From: Eledone cirrhosa
Lineage: Eukaryota
Assembly: GCA_964016885.1 (NCBI GenBank)
Contig: OZ024740.1
Span: forward strand, 190,340,001 to 190,404,000
DNA length: 64,000 nt
Direction: 5' to 3'
The notes below the pieces were generated by a model. The model was not told the origin of the DNA, ran no database searches, and was given only the letters and a program-made list of their open reading frames with translations. Below, piece after piece: positions 1 to 12,024 of the stretch (its first letter is position 1; each line of letters begins with the position of its first letter). Position numbers and translations under genes: made by a program.

Positions 1-991
1 AGAAAAACAACCTATACAAATACGTGACCTATAGTAAGGAGCCAATGCTCAGAACTGTACTGAAGGAGGGGACAGTAGGCCAGGGGATGTCCAAGGAGGA
101 AATAACATCAAGGAGGAAGAGCAGCCTTAAGGGAAAATCCCTTCATAGTACCTTCTTTGAGAAAACTGAATTTAGAGATCCACAGACATGGAACTGATTG
201 AGAAGAGGAGACCTCAAAATGGCTACAGAAGGAATGCTAATGGCTGCGCAGGAGCAGGCCCTCAAAACGAAGTGGTTGAAGCACCATATCTACAAGGAGG
301 AGGCTAGCCCACTGTGCAGGATCTGTGGAGAGAGAGAGGAGACTGTGGCTCACATTGTGTCCGAGTGTAAACACCTAGCCCAGACCCACTATAAGGGCTG
401 GAGACACGATGTGATGGGCAGGGTGATCCACTGGCACCTGTGCAAAGTAAACAATCTACCACATTCTGAGAAATGGTATGAGCATAGGCCAGAGGCGGTG
501 ATGGAGAACAGTCAGGTGAAGGTGCTGTGGGATTTTAGGATACAGACGGACAAAAAACTGGAACACAATAGACCTGACCTGGTGGTTGTGGACAAAGAAA
601 AAAGATCGTGCCTGATTGTGGATGTGGCCTGCCCGTTCGACACGAGAGTGCAAGAGAAGGAGAGGGAGAAAATTAACCGATACCAGGACCTAAAGTGGGA
701 GGTGAAAAGGATTTGGAACTGCCATGAATTCAAAGTGATCCCGATTGTCATAGGCGCACTGGGGACTATCTCCAAAGGTTTCCAGGGATGGTTAAAGAAA
801 ATCGGCCCCTTCACGCTTTTTGGAACGCTTCAAAAGGCATGCTTGCTTGGAACAGCAAGAACCCTCCGATACGTCCTGAATATCTGAGGCTGCAGGTAGT
901 GGCTTGATATTCAATCCAACGGACTTTCCAGTTAACCAACATCAATGACTGAGATTCAAGGAATAACAATACCAATAATAATAATAATAAT
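1..991 (+). mobile_element. R4/Dong-type non-LTR retrotransposon, family A, 3' portion (CCHC finger + restriction-like endonuclease, 3' UTR, (AAT)n tail)
   Basis: ORF to the stop at 887 has CRICGEREETVAHIVSEC, RHD, RPD..D and K..RY RLE motifs, ending in IPIVIGALG...LQKACLLGTARTLR. 3' UTR 888-~970 is followed by aataataataat. Confidence 0.9.
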
Positions 992-3900
992 AAAGTCAGC
1001 GAAGGGAAAATGAAACATGTGTCAGTGAAAACGAGGTAAACTGTAACACTTCGAATTCCAGGGTTGGGGCGGAATCACTGGCAACAGAACAAATTAAAGA
1101 AAGGATCGAAAAAGTGGCGGGAGTGCATGCTCAGGATGAAACTCCAAATGAAAATAATGAGATCGTAAATGATAAAGAAATGAATGAGAATGAACTTGCC
1201 AACTTGAAGGATAAAATTATGTTCGAATGGATGAAAATGAAAAAATCTGACATGGGGCAACGAGACGCCCTCCCTAAAATCCAGAACTCCAAACAGAACC
1301 AAAAGATAATACACAAGACTAACATAATTCTCAAAAACATTATCATCACAAACAAACTAAACATTACAGATTTAAATCATCTCTATTATGCATCGGCTAA
1401 AGTCACCACTCACTTATGTGGAGTGAAGATGAAAAAACAAAGGAATTCCCACAAGAAATCTACTTGGCAAGAGAACATCAATCGCCAACTAAACCTTCTC
1501 CGATCTGACATAGAAAGTTTAACAAACTATAAAGTAGGTGAACATGTTAAATAAACAAAACTTAGAAAATTGAAAAAAAAGTACGGTATAAAATCAACAT
1601 GTGACATAGACATGCTGATAGAAATAATCAAGCAAAAAGTGTCGGCCAAAGCTGCTCGTATAAGGCGCTTTGAAAAACGATCTAGGATCTATAAGGACAA
1701 TAATATGTTCAAAAACAACCAAAGAAACATCTCCAGAAAAATTGGTAAGTCAACAATAACTGCTAAATCAATACCACCCAAGGAGGAAGCGCAAGAATTC
1801 TGGGAAAAGATCTGGGCCGAAGAAAAAGTTCATAACATACATGCCCCATGGATAGACAGACAAATGAAAGATACAGGGAAAATATAACAGTTGAACAGTT
1901 GCGCTTGGCTCTAAGAAAAACCAGCAAATGGAAATCCCCAGGAAAAGACAAAATAGAAAACTTTTGGATAAATGCCTTCACAGAGTCTCATGAGATGTTA
2001 GCCCAACTTTACAATGAAATAGTTAAGGAGCCAGAAAAGATACCATCATGGCTAGTTAACGGCATTACATTCCTGCTTCCGAAGAATGATGAGACAAACA
2101 ATCCCAAAAATTACAGACCGATAACTTGCTTGACCACAATGTATAACATTTTAACATCAGTCCTAACTGAATACACATATGACCACCTGATAACAAATGA
2201 CCAATTTCCCATTGAGCAGAAAAATTGTAAACGAGGCTCATATGGCTGTAAGGATCAGCTTCTGGTAAACAAAATGATACTGGAAGATTGTCATAATAGA
2301 CACAAAAATCTATCGATTGCTTGGATAGATTATAAAAAATAATTCGATAGTTTGCCACACATTTGGATTGAAAAATGTTTAGAGATTTTCAAAATATCCC
2401 CCGTTGTCAGGAGGTTTTTGTCATTCAGTATGAAGACATGGAAAACGACACTCCTTTTGAATAGTGAAACAAAATCACTGGAAGCTGGAGAAGATAATAT
2501 TAATTGTGGAATTGTTCAGGGTGACTCTTTATCACCGCTTTTATTCTGCATCGCGCTTATACCATTAAGTAAAATGCTCAATGAAACAAAACATGGATAT
2601 AAAGTCTATGACAAAACCATTAATCACCTGTTCTACATGGATGACCTGAAACTATTTGCAAAAAATGATGAACAATTGCAAGGGCTATTATCCACTGTGA
2701 AGCAGTTCAGTGATGACATTAAAATGGAGTTTGGACTAGATAAATGCGCCAAAGCAACGTTCACCAGAGGAAAGCTGCAGAATTTAGACATTAATCTTGA
2801 TCGGGGGAACGTGATAAGAGAACTTGATCAAGAAAAAACTTACAAATATCTAGGTGTTTGTGAAGGAGACGGAATCAAGCACTCGACACTGAGGGAAAGG
2901 ATAAGGAAGGAATGTTACCGCAGAGTAAGAGCAATCTTAAGAACGGAATTGAATGCAAGGAATAGGATCGATGCCATAAACACGCTTGCCATACCAGTAG
3001 TAACCTACAGTTACAATGTCATCAACTGGTCAAGCACAGAGATCCGTAGGCTCGATACAAAAATTCGAAAATTCTTAACCATGCACAGAATGCATCCCCC
3101 TAAGGCAGATATAGAGAGAATATATCTCCCTAGGAAAGAAGGAGGACGTGGGTTAATCCAGTTAGACATTGCGTTGAAAACTGCAACAATTGGATTATCT
3201 ACATATCTAAGGGAATCACATGATTGGATGATCAAACTCGTTTTGAAACACGAAAGCATCAAAAGATCATATTCCATTACAAAAGATGCACAAAGATACA
3301 GTAATGGACTACAAATTTCAGAAGTCCCATTTACTGCTGAAATGGAAAACACAGAAAAAGCAAAGCAGGTAAAAGTAACTGCAAAGAAAGAACTGCTACA
3401 GAAACTGGCTAAGAAATGGCAAGAAAAGCCTCTGTATTGAAAATACCCAGATCGAGCTAACAATCCTGATGTTGACAAAACTTTAACCCATCAGTGGTTG
3501 GCATCCTCTGGACTGAAATCGGAGACTGAAGGACTGATTATATCGGCACAAGATCAGTGTCTGCCATCAAAAAATTACCAAGCCAACATAATAAAAAAAT
3601 GGGTGCAGCCCATTATGCCGTGTATGCAAAAAACAACCAGAGACCATTGAACATATAATTTCAATGTGCAGTCCTATAGCTCCAACCGAATACCTAAACA
3701 GGCATGACAGAGCTGCACAATACATACATTGGATAATGTGTAAGCATTTTGACCTGCCCCATCAAAATAATTGGTGGAAGCATCAACCACCTCCCATACT
3801 TGAAAAAGATCACATCTCAATCTTGTGGAACTTTAGAATCCAAACAGACCGAAAAATAGATGCAAATAGACCTGATATAATATTGAAGGACTTTCAAAAG

Positions 3901-4325
3901 AGGGTATGCCTGCTAATTGATATGTCTGTTCCAATAGACAAGAATGTATCTATAAAAACATTTGAAAAATTGAGCAAGTATAAGGACCTGGAGATAGAAA
4001 TTGGAAAAATGTGGAAATTGAGAACTAAAACAATACCATTGGTTGTAGGCGCTCTGGGAATGATACCTAGGGGGTCTAATGACTATTTATCGCACATACC
4101 AGGAAACCCGCGTATAGGAGAAATACAAAAGATAGTACTAATGGGAACTGCCCATATACTGAGGAAGATTCTGTCAATATAAGTACATCACAAGTCTAAA
4201 CACTAAAGATGCATGTGTGAATATGTATGTTCTTTCTTGAACATGGCGGACCTAGTTGTCTCTTGAGGTCACTGGTTGTGACTTGGTGATAACTCGTATG
4301 AACATAAAGCAAGATAAATGCAACT

Positions 4326-4327
<2 letters not shown>
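992..4327 (+). mobile_element. R4/Dong-type retrotransposon, family B, copy 1 (5'-truncated, stops and frameshifts)
   Basis: Starts right after the family A (AAT)n tail and is colinear with 5901-9255. RT motifs QGDSLSPLLF and YMDD; RLE end at 4182; ~22-bp deletion near 1875. Confidence 0.92.

Positions 4328-4380
<53 letters not shown>
4327..4380. repeat. (TAA)n microsatellite, tail/target of the Dong element
   Basis: Direct read of the sequence. Confidence 0.97.
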
Positions 4381-5311
4381 GGAAGAAGGGAAGAAGACGC
4401 ACGAGGTGGTAGAACGTCACGAAATTGCTCCCGTAAGTTTTTTGATTTTTAACATATTTAAATCAATTGTGAAAGAACAATTCTTAGCACAAATGTTGCA
4501 TAAAGGCACCGAATGAGGTCCCATAAAGTTTCGGATCCATATTATATTGTTGTATCGCTCAAATATTCAATTTTGTATTATATATTTTGTATTCAAAAAA
4601 AGAAAATGGTTATAAATGGAACAAAACACCCTCTGTCTACACTATATAGAACAGCGGCAATTTCAATTTCACCAACACCAGAAACTTGATACACTACCTA
4701 TCCCATCACACTAAATATAACGGCAACTTCACCGGCATCATAATAATAATTACTATTATTATTGTCTCAAATTTAAAAAAATGTTTAATTCAAATTTTAC
4801 GGGAATATGTCAACACAAAATATAATGAAAATATATATTAAACATACGAACACAAACTCATAGATACTATATCAGTAACCACAACACCACCACATCCATC
4901 ATCGCCGCCACCACTCATTCAATGCTACTGACACTATTCCCCTGTTAACTTGAGAGAGAAAAGGGAAGGTGGTGGTAGCACTAGACAAGAGAGAGGCTAG
5001 CAAAAGATATAAATAGATTGACTTGGTAACCTTGCCACGGACAAATGTCTACATCAACAATTATGGGACTGCTGGCTCACCCCTTCCTCACCAACAATAT
5101 AAAAAGCCCCGGCACCACCACCGACATAGCCAGCAGCAAAACAGCCAACTACAACAAACAGTATATTATATTATTGTAATGCACTGGGTGATTGCTGGCC
5201 TGGAGTGGAGACAATTATTAATAATTTCATTCTTAAGCCACGCAATGCTCACATTAAGGAACCACTCATGATAATAACAATTTAAAAAAAACAACAAAAA
5301 GAAAACCCCGT
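4381..5311 (+). repeat. ~0.9-kb non-coding leader, copy 1 (repeated at 9285-10283)
   Basis: gacgcacgaggtggtagaa...gaaaacccc occurs twice, each time between a TAA tail and a family B 5' end. Confidence 0.88.
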
Positions 5312-8300
5312 GACCAAGAAATACCGGGATGGCGGCCGGCGGAGAATAGCCATGTCTCTAGGGGAGAACGACCCCTCTAGTCTTGGTTGACACTCGTTCT
5401 AGAAGTGGTAACACGAAAAGATTACCCCTTGGCGGATAAGGATAAAACGCGACAAAATAAAGTAGATGTCTAATGATGAAATCTCATACCGGATCGGCCG
5501 TCACCCGGGTAAAAAAGGGCCGCGTCCCTCAGAGAGGAACCAGACTGGGGTCGAAAAATCAGCTAATGGTTCAAACCTTCCCATCACTTCGGAGCTGGAG
5601 ACCTCCCATAACCGGAATACTCCTACTGTTGGCCCTCCATGCTCACCACCAAGAAATCCAAAGAAAAAGAGAGAAAAATGGTCAAGGGAAGATAATAAAG
5701 AAGTCCTTGAGGCTTTCTACACTGCCATGTACTACCCATCAAATACATCGAATACAGAGCAAACATATATCAACTGGAAAAAGAAACATCCCGAAAACAG
5801 AGGCTATATTGACAGTAACAAACTAGCCAATATACGAAGAAATATTGTAAGAAAAAAGTTACTAACTGATATAGAAATTGATCAGATCAAGCTAGTAGCA
5901 CAAAGTCAGCGAAGGGAAAATGAAGCATGTGTCAGTGAAAACGAGGTAAACTGTAACACTTCGAATCCCAGAGTTGGGGCGGAATCACTGGCAACAGAAC
6001 AAATTAAAGAAAGGAGCGAAAAAGTGGAGGGAGTGCATGCTCAGGATGAAACTCCAAATGAAAATAATGAGATCGTAAATGATAAAGAAATGAATGAGAA
6101 TGAACTTGCCAACTTGAAGGATGAAATTATGATCGAATGGATGAAAATGAAAGAATCTGACATGGGGGAACGAGACACCCTCCCTAAGATCCAGAACTCC
6201 AAACAGAACCAAAAGATAATACACAAGACAAACATAATTCTCAAAAACATTATCATCACAAACAAACTAAGCATTACTGACTTAAATCATCTCTATTATG
6301 CATCGGCTAAAGTCACCACTCACTTATGTGGAGTGAAGATGAAAAAACAAAGGAATTCCCACAAGAAATCTACTTGGCAAGATAACATCAATCGCCAAAT
6401 AAACCTTCTCCGATCTGACATAGAAATTTTAACAAACTATAAAGTAGGTGAACATGTTAAACAAACTAAACTTAGAAAATTGAAAAAAAAGTACAGTATA
6501 AGATCAACATGTGACATAGACATGCTGATAGAAACAATCAAGCAAAAAGTGTCGGCCAAAGCTGCTCGTATAAGGCGCTTTGAAAAACGATCTAGATTCT
6601 ATAAGGACAATAATATGTTCAAAAACAACCAAAGAAACTTCTACAGAAAAATTGGTTAGTCAACAATAACTGCTAAATCAATACCACCCAAGGAGGAAGT
6701 GCAAGAATTCTGGGAAAAGATCTGGGCCGAAGAAAAAGTTCATAACATACATGCCCCATGGATAGACAGACAAATGAAAGAAACAGCTCACCTTGAAGAA
6801 CAAACATGGGAAAATATAACAGTTGAACAGCTGCGCTTGGCTCTAAGAAAAACCAGCAAATGGAAATCCCCAGGAAAAGACAAAATACAAAACTTTTGGA
6901 TAAATGCCTTCACAGAGTCTCATGAGCTGTTAGCCCAACTTTACAATGAAATAGTTAAGGAGCCAGAAAAGATACCATCATGGCTAGTTAACGGCATTAC
7001 ATTCCTGCTACCGAAAAATGATGAGACAAACAATCCCAAAAATTACAGACCGATAACCTGCTTGACCACAATGTATAACATTTTAACATCAGTCCTAACT
7101 GAATACACATATGACCACCTGATAACAAATGACCTATTTCCCATTGAGCAGAAAGGGTGTAAACGAGGCTCATATGGCTGTAAGGATCAGCTTCTGGTTA
7201 ACAAAATGATACTGGAAGATTCTCATAATAGACACAAACATCTATCGATTGCTTGGATAGATTATAAAAAAGCATTTGATAGTTTGCCACACAGTTGGAT
7301 TGAAAAATGTTTAGAGATTTTCAAAATATCCCCCGTTATCAGGAGGTTTTTGTCATTCAGTATGAGGACATGGAGAACGACACTCCTTTTGAATAGTGAA
7401 ACAAAATCACTGGAAGCTGGAGAAGTTAACATTAATTGTGGAATTTTTCAGGGTGACTCTTTATCACCGCTTTTATTCTGCATCGCACTTATACCATTAA
7501 GTAAAATGCTCAATGAAACAAAACATGGATATAGAGTCTATGACAAAACCATTAATCACCTGTTCTACATGGATGACCTGAAACTACTTGCAAAAAATGA
7601 TGAACAATTGCAGGGGCTATTATCCACTGTGAAGCAGTTCAGTGATGACATTAAAATGGAGTTTGGACTGGATAAATGCGCCAAAGCAACGTTCACCAGA
7701 GGAAAGCTGCTGAAGAGTTCAGACATTAATCTTGATCGGGGGAACGTGATAAGAGAGCTTGATCAAGAACAAACTTACAAATATCTAGGTGTTTGTGAAG
7801 GAGACGGAATCAAGCACTCGACAATGAGGGAAAGGATAAGGAAGGAATGTTACCGCAGAGTCAGAGCAATCTTAAGAACGGAATTGAATGCAAGGAATAG
7901 GATCGATGCCATAAACACGCTTGCCATACCAGTAGTAACCTACAGTTACAATGTCATCAACTGGTCAAGCACAGAGATCCGTAGGCTCGATACAAAAATC
8001 CGAAAATTCTTAACCATGCACAGAATGCATCACCCTAAGGCAGACATAGATAGAATATATCTCCCTAGGAAAGAAGGAGGACGTGGGTTAATCCAGTTAG
8101 ACATTGCGTTGAAAACTGCAACAATTGGATTATCCACATATCTAAGGTAATCACATGATTGGATGATCAAACTCGTTTTGAAACACGAAAGCACCAAAAG
8201 ATCATATTCCATTACAAAAGATGCACAAAGATACAGTAATGGACTACAAATTTCAGAAGTCCCATTTACTGCTGAAATGGAAAACACAGAAAAAGCAAAG

Positions 8301-9275
8301 CAGGTAAAAGTAACTGCAAAGAAAGAACTGCTACAGAAACTGGCTAAGAAATGGCAAGAAAAGCCTCTGTATGGAAAATACCCAGAGCGAGCTAACAATC
8401 CTGATGTTGACAAAACTTTAACCCATCAGTGGTTGGCATCCTCTGGACTGAAATCGGAGACTGAAGGACTGATTATATCGGCACAAGATCAGTGTCTGCC
8501 AACAAAAAATTACCAAGCCAACATAATAAAAAATGGGTGCAGCCCATTATGCCGTGTATGCAAAAAACAACCAGAGACCATTGACCATATAATTTCAATG
8601 TGCAGTCCTATAGCTCCAACCGAATACCTAAACAGGCATGACAGAGCTGCACAATACATACATTGGATAATGTGCAAGCATTTTGACCTGCCCCATCAAA
8701 AGAATTGGTGGGAGCATCAACCACCTCCCATACTTGAAAAAGATCACATCTCAATCTTGTGGAACTTTAGCATCCAAACAGACCGAAAAATAGATGCAAA
8801 TAGACCTGATATAATATTGAAGGACTTTCAAAGGAGGGTATGCCTGCTAATTGATATGTCTGTTCCAATAGACAAGAATGTATCTATAAAAACATTTGAA
8901 AAATTGAGCAAGTATAAGGACCTGGAGATAGAAATTGGAAAAATGTGGAAATTGAGAACTAAAACAATACCAGTGGTTGTAGGCGCTCTGGGAATGATAC
9001 CTAAGGGGTCTAACGACTACTTATCGCAAATCCCAGGAAACCCGCGTATAGGAGAAATACAAAAGATAGTACTAATGGGAACTGCCCATATACTAAGGAA
9101 GATCCTGTCAATATAAGTACATCACAAGTCTAAACACTAAGGATGCATGTGTGAATATGTGTGTTCTTTCTTGAACATGGCGGACCTTGTTGTCTCTTGA
9201 GGTCACTGGTTGTGACTTGGTGATAACTCGTATAAACATAAAGCAAGATAAATGCAAATAATAATAATAATAAGG
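5312..9275 (+). mobile_element. R4/Dong-type retrotransposon, family B, copy 2 (full length)
   Basis: Structured 5' UTR, single long ORF, 3' UTR 9117-~9256 and a short (TAA)n tail. Confidence 0.93.
5466..9116 (+). pseudogene. Dong/R4 polyprotein (N-terminal domain, RT, CCHC, RLE), 1216 codons with two in-frame stops
   Basis: ORFs 5466-6659, 6699-8150 and 8163-9116 share one frame. Motifs NYRPITCL, WIDYKKAFDS, GIFQGDSLSPLLF, YMDD, CRVC...H....C, RHD and RPD. Confidence 0.93.
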
Positions 9276-9284
9276 ATAATAAAG

Positions 9285-10283
9285 ATAAGGGAAGCAGACG
9301 CACGAGGTGGTAGAAGGTCATGAAATCGCTCCCGTAAGTTTTTGATTTTTAACATATTTAAATCAATTGTGAAATAACAATTATTAGTACAAATATTGCA
9401 TAATCAACCGAATGAAGTGCCATACAATTTCGGATCCATATTATATTGTTATATCGCTCAAATATTCAATTTTGTATTATATATTTTGTATTCAAAAAAA
9501 GAAAATGGTTATAAATGGAAGAAAACACCCTCTGCCTACACTATATAGAACAGCCAAATAACAGCAATTTCACCAACACCAGAAAGTTGATACACCACCT
9601 ATCCCATCACACTAAATATAACAGCCAGATAACGGATATTTCACCACCACCACCATCAATCCCGGCATGATAATAATAATTACTATTATTATTGTCTCAA
9701 ATTTTAACAAAATGTTTAATCCCAATTTTACGGGAATATGTCAACACAATATATATTAAACATACGAACACAAACTCATAGATACTACATATCACAAAAC
9801 CCAGTAACCACAACGCCACCGCCGCCACCACCCCATCCATCATCTTGCTACCACTATCCCATCGCCGCCGCCCCCACTCCTTCATTGCTACCACCACTAT
9901 TCCCCTGTTAACTTGAGAGAGAAAGGGGAAGGTGGCGGTATCACTAGACAAGGGAGAGGCTAGCAAAAGATATAAATAGATTGACTTAGTGACCTGGCCA
10001 CCGGCCAAACGTCAATGCAACAACTATGGGACTGCTGGCTCACCCTTTCCTCACCAACAATATAAAAAGCCCCGGCACCACCACCGACATAGCCAACAAC
10101 AATAACAGCCAACTACAGCAAAAAGTATATTATATTATTGTAATGCACTGGGTGAATGCTGGCCTTGTGCCTGGAGTGGAGACAATTATTAATAATTTCA
10201 TTCTTAAGCCACGCAATGCTCACATTAAGGAACCACTCATAATAATAACAATTTTAAAAAAAACAACAAAAAGAAAACCCCGT
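9285..10283 (+). repeat. ~1-kb non-coding leader, copy 2
   Basis: Colinear with 4381-5311, with several indels. Confidence 0.88.
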
Positions 10284-11693
10284 GACCAAGAAATACCGGG
10301 ATGGCGGCCGGCGGGGAATAACCGTGTCTCTAGGGGAGAACGACCCCTCTAGTCTTGGTTGACACTCGTTCTAGAAGTGGTAACACGAAATGATTACCCC
10401 TTGGCGGATAAGGATAAAACGCGACAAAATAAAGTAAATGTCTAATGATAAAATCTCATACCGGATCGGCCGTCACCCGGGTAAAAAAGGGCCGCGTCCC
10501 TCAGAGAGGAACCAGACTAGGGTCGAAAAATCAGCTAACGGTTCAAACCTTCCCATCACTTCGGAGCTGGAGACCTCCCATAACCGGAATACTCCTACTG
10601 TTGGCCCTCCATGCTCACCACCAAGAAATCCAAAGAAAAACAGAGAAAAATGGTCAAGGGAAGATAATAAAAAAGTCCTTGAGGCTTTCTACACTGCCAT
10701 GTACTACCCATCAAATACATCGAATACAGAACAGACATATATCAACTGGAAAAAGAAACATCCCGAAAACAGAGGCTATATTGACAGTAAGAAACTACCC
10801 AATATACGAAGAAATATTGTAAGAAAAAAGTTACTAACTGATATAGAAATTGATCAGATCAAGCTATTAGCACAAAGTCAGCGAAGGGAAAATGAAACAT
10901 GTGTCAGTGAAAACGAGGTAAACTGTAACACTTCGAACTCCAGGGTTGGGGCGGAATCTCTGGTAACAGAACAAATTAAAGAAAGGATCGAAAAAGTGGA
11001 GGGAGTGCATGCTCATGATGAAACTCCAAATGAATATAATGAGATCGTAAATGATAAAGAAATGAATGAGAATGAACTTGCCAACTTGAAGGATGAAATT
11101 ATGATCGAATGTATGAAAATGAAAGAATCTGACATGGGGCAACGAGACACCCTCCCTAAGATCCAGAACTCCAAACAGAACCAAAAGATAATACACAAGA
11201 CTAACATAATTCTCAAAAACATTATCATCACAAACAAACTAAACATTACTGATTTAAATCATCTCTATCATGCATCGGCTAAAGTCACCACTCACTTATG
11301 TGGAGTGAAGATGAAAAAACAAAGGAATTCCCACAAGAAATCTACTTGGCAAGAGAACATCAATCGCCAAATAAACCTTCTCCGATCTGACATAGAAATA
11401 ATCAAGCAAAAAGTGTCGGCCAAAGCTGCTCGTAGAAGGCGCTTTGAAATCAAGGTCGTCCCGATTGTCATAGGCGCACTAGATACTATCTCAAAGAGTT
11501 TCCAAGGATGTTTAAAGAAGATTTGTCCAGCCCCGCTTTTTGGAACACTACAAAAGGCGTGTTTATTGGGAACAGCAAGAACCCTCCGATATGTCATAAA
11601 TGTCTGAGGCTGTAGATAGCGGCTTGATATTCATATCAACAAACATTCCAGTTAAATAACATCAATGAATGGGAATCAAAGAACATTAATAAT
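10284..11693 (+). mobile_element. Chimeric Dong element: family B 5' UTR and N-terminus fused in frame to the family A C-terminus and 3' UTR (ORF 10438-11607)
   Basis: 10438-11449 matches 5466-6585 with an internal deletion; 11450-11693 matches 730-970. Confidence 0.88.
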
Positions 11694-11695
11694 TA

Positions 11696-11765
11696 TGAGG
11701 TCACTTGTTGTGACTTGCTGAAAGATTGTATGAACGGAAATCAATATAAATGGAAAATAAATAAA
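11696..11765 (+). mobile_element. Diverged stub of a family B-like 3' UTR
   Basis: tgaggtcacttgttgtgacttg...gtatgaac...ataaatg resembles 4264-4322. Confidence 0.6.
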
Positions 11766-11969
11766 AGGTACAAGGCGAACAATTCGGCGAGAGGGGAAAG
11801 TCGATAAAATCGACTCTAGTGCATTACATGTGCTTTATTTCATCTACCAAGTAAGGATAAATAGCAAAGGTGCCATCGGCGGGATTTGAACTTAGACCGG
11901 AAAAGGGCAATATGGCTATGCCCCAAAGCAGGGTGTCCGAAACTCTACCAATTCTACCAAACTAACACC

Positions 11970-11970
<1 letters not shown>
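11766..11970 (-). mobile_element. tRNA-derived Deu/Nin-domain SINE, diverged, alternative tail
   Basis: Minus strand has B box gttcaaatcc and a degenerate tttatccttacttggtagatgaaataaagcac core; tail resembles 18295-18325. Confidence 0.65.

Positions 11971-12022
<52 letters not shown>
11971..12022. repeat. (TAA)n microsatellite
   Basis: Direct read of the sequence. Confidence 0.97.
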
Positions 12023-12024
<2 letters not shown>

